Source of the DNA: Gemmatimonadota bacterium
GTDB lineage: Bacteria > Gemmatimonadota > Gemmatimonadetes > Gemmatimonadales > GWC2-71-9
Length of the DNA: 22,768 nt
Direction of reading: 5' to 3'
NCBI GenBank assembly: GCA_036679645.1
Contig: JAZDCY010000031.1
Coordinates: forward strand, 1 to 22,768
The notes beneath the pieces are model-generated. The model did not search any database and was not told where the DNA came from. It saw only the letters and a list, made by a program, of their open reading frames with translations. Below are positions 16,036 through 22,768 of this stretch, piece after piece. Made by a program: the position numbers and the translations under genes. Every line of letters starts with the position of its first letter. Position 1 is the first letter of the stretch.

Positions 16036-17281
16036 TGGTCTCCTCCTCCGGAACCGGAAAAACAAGGGTCGCTCGCGCGCCGCCCTCTTCCCGGTTTGTG
16101 ATGTCAATCGTGGCGTCGTGCATCTCGATGATCTGCCGAGAGACCGACAGGCCGAGGCCCGTTCCCTTTCCGGGTGACTTGGTAGTGAAGAACGGATCGA
16201 ACAGCCGGCCCAGCTTCTCAGCCGGGATACCCGTTCCCGTATCGTCAATCTCCAATACGACGAGGCTCCGGCCGGTGTCAAAATCGTGGGACCGCTCGCC
16301 CTCGCTTTGTGCACTGATCAGCGTCTCGGCGGTCACGTACGACCTCACGGTGATCGTGCCCTGCGGTTGCGTAGCATGCGCGGCGTTCGTGAGCAGGTTC
16401 ACCAGCACCTGCTGGATCTTCATGGCGTCCAGGTCCAGCGGTGGGATGTCCTCGGCTAGCTCTCTACGCAACGTGACGCGAGCCGCGTGCAGCTCGTGCT
16501 TCACCATCTTGGCGGAGCTCGTGACGAGCGCGCGCAGGTCGGTCCTTCTCGCGTTCAGCTCGTTCGGCGCGGAGAAATCCAGCAGTCCCATGATCACGGC
16601 ATCGGCCCGGTTTACGGCCTCCTGCATGTCATCAAGCAGAACCCTGGCGGGTCCGTCGTCCGCTACGGTGTGCCGTGAGAGATACCGCACCCCCGTCAGC
16701 AAGGTCATCAACGGGTTCTTCACCTCGTGGGCGACCCCTGCAGCCAGTTGTCCTACAGCCTCGAGCTTCTCGGCCTCTATGAGCTTCCACTGAGCAAGTT
16801 GGAGATCGACGTGCGATTTCCGAAGGTCCTCATACGCCGTGCGCAGTTCCCGCTCGGCGTTCTCTCGGCATGCGACGGCTGTCCTGATCTCGGAGAACCA
16901 GCCCAAGCCAAGCGCGAGGCCAATGTACGTTGCGATCACGAAAACGATCGGCGCCCAATCGGCCATCTCCCAACCGAGCAGGAGGCCTCCGACGTAGCTC
17001 AGGGACAAGCCGGCCATGCCCGACGCCATGGCAAACATGACTCGGGTCCAGCGTCGGTAGTAGCACAGCAGGAAGGCGGGAATGAGGGCGAGCAACCACG
17101 CGAGAAAACCGTGTTCTGTCAGCGACTCGGGAAACAGGACGGCTCCAGCCAGCGAGACGCCCAGCGCGCCCGCGGATACGATGAGTGCGCGCACAGGAAC
17201 GATCCGGAGGCTCGACGCCTCGGAGACCGCATCTACTGCGACCGGGCTAGTGACACGGCTCTGATCCATACCCAGTATCAC
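16007..17281 (-). CDS. Membrane histidine kinase with a multi-TM intramembrane input region (NtrB-like core)
   Basis: About four hydrophobic segments with short loops; GVAHEVKNPL, QVLVNLLTNA, DDTGTGI, FDPFFTTK, GTGLGL; GGAGG RBS and GTGA overlap at 17281. Confidence 0.92.
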   Translation of the reverse strand: MILGMDQSRVTSPVAVDAVSEASSLRIVPVRALIVSAGALGVSLAGAVLFPESLTEHGFLAWLLALIPAFLLCYYRRWTRVMFAMASGMAGLSLSYVGGLLLGWEMADWAPIVFVIATYIGLALGLGWFSEIRTAVACRENAERELRTAYEDLRKSHVDLQLAQWKLIEAEKLEAVGQLAAGVAHEVKNPLMTLLTGVRYLSRHTVADDGPARVLLDDMQEAVNRADAVIMGLLDFSAPNELNARRTDLRALVTSSAKMVKHELHAARVTLRRELAEDIPPLDLDAMKIQQVLVNLLTNAAHATQPQGTITVRSYVTAETLISAQSEGERSHDFDTGRSLVVLEIDDTGTGIPAEKLGRLFDPFFTTKSPGKGTGLGLSVSRQIIEMHDATIDITNREEGGARATLVFPVPEEETNGEEAHSAG

Positions 17282-17754
17282 TCGGAATCCTCCAGCAAAT
17301 CGACAACAGCCACCATGAGGTCCTCCGACTCGAACGGCTTGGCCAATGTCCGGGCGGCACCAAATCGGCGCGCTATCTCGAGCACGTTGCTCTTATCCAT
17401 GACCCCACCACCTGACATGGCGATAATCTTCGCCTCGGGCGTCTGTTCTCTGATACGCATTGTCAGTTCCATACCGTCCACGTTGCCCATGAAGATGTCA
17501 ACGATCGTGAGGTCGACCGAGTGTTCGCCGAGCATCTCCATGGCCTGCTCTCCGTCCGATGCCTGCAGCACCTCGTACCCCACCTTTCGGAGCAGCTGCG
17601 CAATTGCAGCGTTGACGCAGGGATCGTCATCGACAACCAGAATCCGCGCCATACGCGCCCCGCTTACGTCCGCAACTCTCTCACCCCGCCGAAGCGACGA
17701 GTCATCGTCCACAACCAGCATCCGCGGCGCAGGGTCCATTTCACTCGGTCGCAT
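17278..17754 (-). CDS. Single-domain response regulator ('SGGG' type); start may be ATG 17652
   Basis: RILVVDDD, IVDIFM, IAMSGGG, AKPF; preceded in frame by a second RMLVVDDD segment. Confidence 0.88.
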   Translation of the reverse strand: MRPSEMDPAPRMLVVDDDSSLRRGERVADVSGARMARILVVDDDPCVNAAIAQLLRKVGYEVLQASDGEQAMEMLGEHSVDLTIVDIFMGNVDGMELTMRIREQTPEAKIIAMSGGGVMDKSNVLEIARRFGAARTLAKPFESEDLMVAVVDLLEDSE

Positions 17755-17756
17755 CG

Positions 17757-18911
17757 TTACGATCTCTCGGTTGCCCGGTTACGATGTGCCGCCTGGACAG
17801 TTTCGATCTCGGCGCGGTGATTCATGAAACCATCGAGCACCTTCGGATCGAAATGTGTGCCCCGCGCCGCGGCCATCATCTCGTACACGGTGTGATTGGC
17901 CAACGCCTTCCGGTACGCTCGATCGGTGGTGACGGCGTCGAAGTAGTCTGCCACGGCGCAGATGCGCGCGAAGAGCGGGATCTCATCACCTGCCAAACCG
18001 TGGGGATACCCGCTTCCGTCCCACCACTCGTGATGGCACAGTGCGATGACCGCGCCTGCCCGGAGCAACTCGGAGGGTGACCCACTAAGGATGTGGGCGC
18101 CAATGATGGTGTGCTCCTTCATGACCTCCCACTCTGCGGCGGTCAGCTTCCCCGGCTTGAGCAGGATGGCGTCGGGAATTCCTAGCTTGCCCACGTCGTG
18201 CATGGGGCTGGCATGGCGGATGACCTCGATGTCCCTCGGGGAGAGAGGAAGCTGCCGACCCAAGCATTCGCAGTACAGGCCGATCCGCTCGATGTGTGCG
18301 GCGGTATCGCGGTCCTTGTACTCCGCCGCGAGGACGAGGCGACGGATCGTGTCGAGATGCGCGGCCTTGGTGTCGCGGTGAGCAGTCGCCGTTTCCTCGA
18401 GTGCACTTCTCAGTGCCACCGTCCGCTCCGCAACCGTCTCTTCGAGTTCCGCTCGATGCCGCTTGAGCGCGTCGGTGGCTTCTTTCATCTTGAGGAGCCA
18501 CGTCGACCGAAGCCGTAGTTCGGTGATGTCGAACGGTTTCGCAATGAAGTCGTTCACCCCCACCTCCACGGCCCGCAATCGATCTTCCCGCCCATTGAGA
18601 CCTGTGACCATGATGATTGGGAGATCGCCATACGCGTGATCACCGCGAATCCGTGCGGCGACAGCATAGCCGTCCATCCCGGGCATGGCGGCATCGAGCA
18701 GGACGAGATCGATGTCGCGATCGAGCTTGGCGATTCCCTCGAGGCCATCCCGTGCCGTTTCTACGTCGTGCCCGAAGGAACGCAGCACGCGCGCCAGCGT
18801 GCGACGCCCGTCGCGATCGTCGTCCACTACGAGGACCCGCTTCCGGTCGGTCGCCGGCTCCGTCTCCTGTTGCGGCACGGCAACGGGCCTCTCAGCTACC
18901 AGGTTCAGCAT
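17757..18911 (-). CDS. REC-HD-GYP cyclic-dinucleotide phosphodiesterase (RpfG-like)
   Basis: REC VVDDD/LLDAAMP/AKP; AEYKDRDTAAH, MHDVGK, HHEWWDGSGYP, VADYFDA, RAYRK; GGAG RBS. Confidence 0.93.
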   Translation of the reverse strand: MLNLVAERPVAVPQQETEPATDRKRVLVVDDDRDGRRTLARVLRSFGHDVETARDGLEGIAKLDRDIDLVLLDAAMPGMDGYAVAARIRGDHAYGDLPIIMVTGLNGREDRLRAVEVGVNDFIAKPFDITELRLRSTWLLKMKEATDALKRHRAELEETVAERTVALRSALEETATAHRDTKAAHLDTIRRLVLAAEYKDRDTAAHIERIGLYCECLGRQLPLSPRDIEVIRHASPMHDVGKLGIPDAILLKPGKLTAAEWEVMKEHTIIGAHILSGSPSELLRAGAVIALCHHEWWDGSGYPHGLAGDEIPLFARICAVADYFDAVTTDRAYRKALANHTVYEMMAAARGTHFDPKVLDGFMNHRAEIETVQAAHRNRATERS

Positions 18912-18913
18912 TT

Positions 18914-21712
18914 TCAGCTCCTGGCCGCGGCGACGCGCTCCGGTTCGACGGCGTTTCTTTCTTCGCCCGGTGCCACGCCCGGGCCGTCTGGGTTCGCGTC
19001 GAGGGCCTGCCGCACTGCCGCGAGCAACTCATCCAATGTCCAGGGTTTGGCGACCGTCGTCACGTTCCGGTGCATCTTCAACTCTTGCCGCAGTGTATCT
19101 CGCGAGTAGCCGGAGGTCAGTACGAAGGGAACGTCCGTGTTCCTGCTGCGAATCTGCCGCAGCAATTCGTATCCACCCATCTCCGGCATGATGACGTCCG
19201 ATATCACGAGATCGATCTCGTCGGCGTGCCGCTCGTATTCGCGCAACCCGGCCTCGCCATTCTCCGCGGTGACGACCGCGTAACCGTGGTGCTCGAGGAT
19301 GCGGGATCCCGTGCGGCGCAATGCGTCCTGATCCTCGACGTAGAGGATGGTCTCGGTTCCGGCGCGGACCTCGCCGCCGGCCGTCGTCGGCCGCGGCGCC
19401 GATACGACCGTGCCGCCCTTGGCAACCGGGAAGTACAGCGCGATCGTCGTTCCTACGCCGGGCTCGCTGTCGATGCCGACATAGCCGCCGTGCTGTTTCA
19501 TCAGTCCGTACACCATCGCCATGCCGAGACCCGTTCCGTCCCCTTCAGCCTTGGTGGTGAAAAACGGCTCGAAGATGCAGTTCCTGGTGGCCTCGTCCAT
19601 GCCGATACCCGTATCCGTCACCCTCAGGACCGCGTATTCTCCCGATTCCAATCCCGGCAACGGCGTATCCACTACTTCCGGAGCGAGGACAAGGGTGAGA
19701 TCCCCACCCTCGGGCATGGCGTCGCGGGCGTTGGTCACGAGGTTGAGCAGGATCTGTTCGACGGCTCCCCTGTCGCCCTGCACGGCTGGGATGTCGGTCC
19801 CAATGTCGTGCTTCACCGTAATGGTCTCGGGGATGAGACGACTGAGGATCGAGGAGAAATCGCGCACGGCCGCACCCAGATCCATTGTTTCCATCTCCAG
19901 CTCGGCCAGCCGACTGAACCCCAGCAACCGCTTCACCAACCGCGCCCCGTTGCGGGACGCTGCGGCAATGTCGTCAACGGCGGCGTGCAGATCGTCGCGA
20001 GCCGGATCGATCTTCTCTTTCAGCACATCGCCGTTTGCGATGACCACCGACAGAAGGTTGTTGAAATCGTGAGCGATCCCCCCGGTCAATTGTCCGATTG
20101 CTTCCATCTTTTGGGCTTGCCGAAGCTGAGACTCCAGCGTGCGCTGCTCTGTGACGTCCTCTACCACCATCTCGAAGTGCCCGACCTCGCCTGCGTCGTT
20201 GCGCACAGATCGGCCGCTGAGCCGCACCGTGATGACCCTTCCGTCCTTCCGGCGCCACTCAGCCTCGCCCCTGGCAAGCCTGCTGACCCCCACCTGTTGC
20301 TCGATCAGCCGCCGCCGCGCGCCCGCCTTTGCGTAGACGTTCCGGTTCATATCGAGCGCGAGCAGTTCCTCTTCGGAGTCGTAGCCGAGCATGCTGACAA
20401 GTGCGGGGTTGGCCGAGAGAAACCGGCCCTCCGGCGTCGACCGGTAGATGCCATACGTCGCGTTATCGACGATGCCGCGGTAGTCCGCCTCAGACCGCCG
20501 CAGCGCCTCCTCCGCCCGTCGGCGCTCGGTGATGTCCGACTGGATGGCAAGAAATGCCACGATGGCGCCGTCGTCGTCGAGAACAGGGCTCACCGAGACT
20601 TCAACATCCACACATCGGCCATCTTTCGTCCGGTTGACCCTTTGCCCCTTCACCGTCTCCTTGGCGAGAAGCGCCTGCCAGAATACCTGGTACTTCTCTT
20701 GGCCGCACGTCCCGCTCTTCAGGATCCGAGGAGTGGCCTTGCCCACAACCTCTGCGGCGTTGAAGCCGTATAGCCTGGTGAATTCGGGATTGACGTAGGT
20801 GAAAATCCCCTCCCCGTCAGTAAGAAAGACCACTTCGCCGGAAGACTCTACCGCCCTGTGTAGCTTGGTGAGTTCTTCCTGTGCTCGTTTGCGCTCGGTG
20901 ATGTCGCGTGCAACCCCGAGCACAAGACGCTGCCCATGGATGGTGACCGGGAAGGTGCGGATCTCCACGGTGACGTGGTCGCCGTCTTTCCGAGTCAGCG
21001 TGAACTCAGTAGGGCCCGTAGGCTTGCCCCGAGCACTCCGGGCAAGAAGGGCCGCTGCTTGCGGGAGCTGTCTCGCGGACAACAGACTCAGCTTCAAGAA
21101 GCTCCGCCCGATAAGCTCCTCACGCGCATGGCCTGTCAGTTCCTCTGCAGCGCGGTTGCCGTCGACGAACGTGCCCTCGAGGTCGATCAGGTAATAGGCG
21201 TCCGGAGCGAACTCGAACAGGACGCGTAGCCGCTCCTCGCTTTCCCGCAGGGCTCGCTCCGCCTCGAGCCTCTCAGCCTGGTCGCGTGCCCGCCCCAGCG
21301 CGCTCTCAACCGCCGGCTTCAACCGGGCGAGCCGATCCTTGAGCACGTAGTCCGCCGCACCGGCCTTGATGCAGTCCGCCGCGCTCTCCTCGTCGAGCGC
21401 CCCCGTCACGATGATCACCGGAAGGAGCGGCATATGACTGTGTGCAATGCGGATCGCATCGATCCCGGTGAACCTCGGGAGGTGGTAATCCGCCAGCACG
21501 AGGTTGGGTGCGAAGTCCGCCAGCGCGCGTTGGAACGCCGCTCGTGTCTTCACCCATTCGACCTGGATCGAGAAGCCATCGCTGCGGAGCCGGTCTTGCA
21601 GAAATTCCGCATCGGCCTCGTCGTCTTCCAGCATGAGGACGCGGAGTCGCCATCGCTCATCATCTCGCGCTTGGTCGTACACGCTGTCCCCAACCTGGGA
21701 GAGGTCAGTCAT
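18914..21712 (-). CDS. Cytoplasmic hybrid histidine kinase REC-PAS-PAS-PAS-HisKA-HATPase-REC
   Basis: N-terminal REC (LEDDEADA/LADYHLP); three PAS/PAC units ending RDITERK, SDITERR, EDVTEQR; GGIAHDFNNLL, NLVTNARDAM, FEPFFTTK, GTGLG; C-terminal REC ISDVIMP/AKP. Confidence 0.95.
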   Translation of the reverse strand: MTDLSQVGDSVYDQARDDERWRLRVLMLEDDEADAEFLQDRLRSDGFSIQVEWVKTRAAFQRALADFAPNLVLADYHLPRFTGIDAIRIAHSHMPLLPVIIVTGALDEESAADCIKAGAADYVLKDRLARLKPAVESALGRARDQAERLEAERALRESEERLRVLFEFAPDAYYLIDLEGTFVDGNRAAEELTGHAREELIGRSFLKLSLLSARQLPQAAALLARSARGKPTGPTEFTLTRKDGDHVTVEIRTFPVTIHGQRLVLGVARDITERKRAQEELTKLHRAVESSGEVVFLTDGEGIFTYVNPEFTRLYGFNAAEVVGKATPRILKSGTCGQEKYQVFWQALLAKETVKGQRVNRTKDGRCVDVEVSVSPVLDDDGAIVAFLAIQSDITERRRAEEALRRSEADYRGIVDNATYGIYRSTPEGRFLSANPALVSMLGYDSEEELLALDMNRNVYAKAGARRRLIEQQVGVSRLARGEAEWRRKDGRVITVRLSGRSVRNDAGEVGHFEMVVEDVTEQRTLESQLRQAQKMEAIGQLTGGIAHDFNNLLSVVIANGDVLKEKIDPARDDLHAAVDDIAAASRNGARLVKRLLGFSRLAELEMETMDLGAAVRDFSSILSRLIPETITVKHDIGTDIPAVQGDRGAVEQILLNLVTNARDAMPEGGDLTLVLAPEVVDTPLPGLESGEYAVLRVTDTGIGMDEATRNCIFEPFFTTKAEGDGTGLGMAMVYGLMKQHGGYVGIDSEPGVGTTIALYFPVAKGGTVVSAPRPTTAGGEVRAGTETILYVEDQDALRRTGSRILEHHGYAVVTAENGEAGLREYERHADEIDLVISDVIMPEMGGYELLRQIRSRNTDVPFVLTSGYSRDTLRQELKMHRNVTTVAKPWTLDELLAAVRQALDANPDGPGVAPGEERNAVEPERVAAARS

Positions 21713-22142
21713 GTCGCATCTCTGGCTGATTGACCCCGGTCCAGTAGTGCACGGTGCGGCAGATCACGGCGGTAAACTGGCTGGCGTCGAGGGGCTTCAC
21801 TACGTAGCTGTTGGCACCCAAGCGGTAGCTTTCCGCAACATTCCGCTCGTCTCTGGAGGAGGAGAACACCACCACCGGGATCGAACGCGTTCGCGGGTCC
21901 GCCTTGAGCACTCGAAGAAACTCGAAGCCCGAGACCTTGGGAAGAAAGAGATCGAGCAGAACGAGTCGAATTGGCGTGCGCAGGTCACGACCGGCGAACT
22001 TGCCCACACCGCACAAGAAATCCTGAGCCTCGGCACCGTCACGAACCGCCGCGGTTCGTGACGCCATGTCGCCGAGCGCAGAGAGAGCCAGATCGCGGTC
22101 GGTCGGGCTGTCTTCCACCAAAAGGATTTCCTCATTGGACAT
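21705..22142 (-). CDS. Rcp1-like single-domain response regulator
   Basis: ILLVEDSPTD, LLDLFLPKVSG, IPVVVFSSS, SYRLGANSYVVKP, YW signature. Start placed at ATG 22142 (AAGGG upstream); the frame is open to GTG 22214. Confidence 0.9.
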   Translation of the reverse strand: MSNEEILLVEDSPTDRDLALSALGDMASRTAAVRDGAEAQDFLCGVGKFAGRDLRTPIRLVLLDLFLPKVSGFEFLRVLKADPRTRSIPVVVFSSSRDERNVAESYRLGANSYVVKPLDASQFTAVICRTVHYWTGVNQPEMRHD

Positions 22143-22210
22143 TGATGTAACCCTTTCGAGGTCAGGCATTCTCGCTGTTGAACACTGTGACATTGATTGA
22201 CCCGCTTCTC

Positions 22211-22576
22211 TCACGCGAGACCGGCATCGACGGCTTCCAGCAGCTCGTCGCGCGTGAAAGGCTTGGCCAGCGCGCGGACCGCTCCCAGCGATCTCGCCCG
22301 TTCCAGCACCTCTGCCCCATCCTTGAACCCACCGCCCGAGATCGCCACGATGTTCGTGTTGATTCCCTGCTGGCGCACGCGGATCGTGAACTCGATCCCG
22401 TCCATACCGGGCATGTACGCATCCGTGATGAGGAGATCGGGAGGGTCGGTACGCATCAACTCGAGCGCCACGTCCCCGTTGGGCGCTTCACAAACCTGAT
22501 GGCCCTCGGTCTCCAGGTGCTTGCGCAGGACCCGGCGCACGGCACCGTCGTCATCGACTACGAGAATCTGGGCCAC
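22211..22576 (-). CDS. Single-domain response regulator ('SGGG' type), first gene of the operon
   Basis: GGAAGGA RBS before GTG 22576; ILVVDDD, ITDAYMP, VAISGGG, AKPF. Confidence 0.9.
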   Translation of the reverse strand: MAQILVVDDDGAVRRVLRKHLETEGHQVCEAPNGDVALELMRTDPPDLLITDAYMPGMDGIEFTIRVRQQGINTNIVAISGGGFKDGAEVLERARSLGAVRALAKPFTRDELLEAVDAGLA

Positions 22577-22625
22577 GGCTGCTGTCCTTCCGGTTGGGAT
22601 GTGTCGTGAGTCTGCATTCCTCAAA

Positions 22626-22641
22626 GGCAGCGAGTGTGCCA
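22626..22641 (-). promoter_or_regulatory. Putative sigma54 (-24/-12) promoter heading the signalling operon
   Basis: Minus strand TGGCACACTCGCTGCC: perfect TGGCAC and GG-N10-GC spacing, 50 nt upstream of GTG 22576. Confidence 0.68.
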
Positions 22642-22679
22642 CCGACGGGGCGCACGGGGTATCGCAAGCGACGCCATGT

Positions 22680-22704
22680 CAAGTCCTTCTCGAGTAGCGT
22701 GTTA
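22680..22704. promoter_or_regulatory. IHF-like 25-bp site, second copy
   Basis: Minus strand TAACACGCTACTCGAGAAGGACTTG aligns without gaps to 4089-4113. Confidence 0.5.
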
Positions 22705-22768
22705 CGCGCTCGACCGATCCGAGCCAGAAGACGGTTTGTGGAGTGGGGATTCACGACGGTGAGACGGA

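Noticed and set aside
18617..20773. 718-aa plus-strand ORF
   Set aside because: Antisense to the hybrid kinase; no recognisable domain.
22655..22682. Perfect TTGACA on the minus strand and a TGGCGTCGCTTGC element
   Set aside because: No credible -10 at 16-18 nt from TTGACA; the second element has GG-N8-GC spacing, not the N10 required for sigma54.

Overview
GC-rich bacterial DNA, probably Gemmatimonadota-like (an inference from EF-G style and gene content). Every credible gene lies on the minus strand. The left ~3.3 kb is the str operon (rpsL-rpsG-fusA-tuf 5' end), with a clear sigma70 promoter and a structured ~200-nt rpsG-fusA spacer. Upstream are two small genes (a secreted beta-strand-ending protein and a CxxD/CxxC zinc-ribbon-like protein) behind a sigma54-type promoter. 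The remaining ~18 kb (22576 to 4388) is a tightly coupled 18-gene signalling operon with 13 REC domains, 3 histidine kinases, 1 Hpt, 2 HD-GYP proteins and a sigma54 activator. It ends in a notable module: globin-coupled stressosome (RsbR, RsbS, fused RsbT-RsbX) -> hybrid kinase with a degenerate RsbT-like input domain -> Hpt -> PilB/GspE ATPase with its own C-terminal receiver domain -> uncleavable GspG-like protein -> Arg-rich type IV pilin. This suggests a gas/redox-sensing stressosome wired by phosphorelay directly to a pilus or secretion motor. Both sigma54-like promoters share a 25-bp upstream motif. All calls come from motif reading only; no searches were run.
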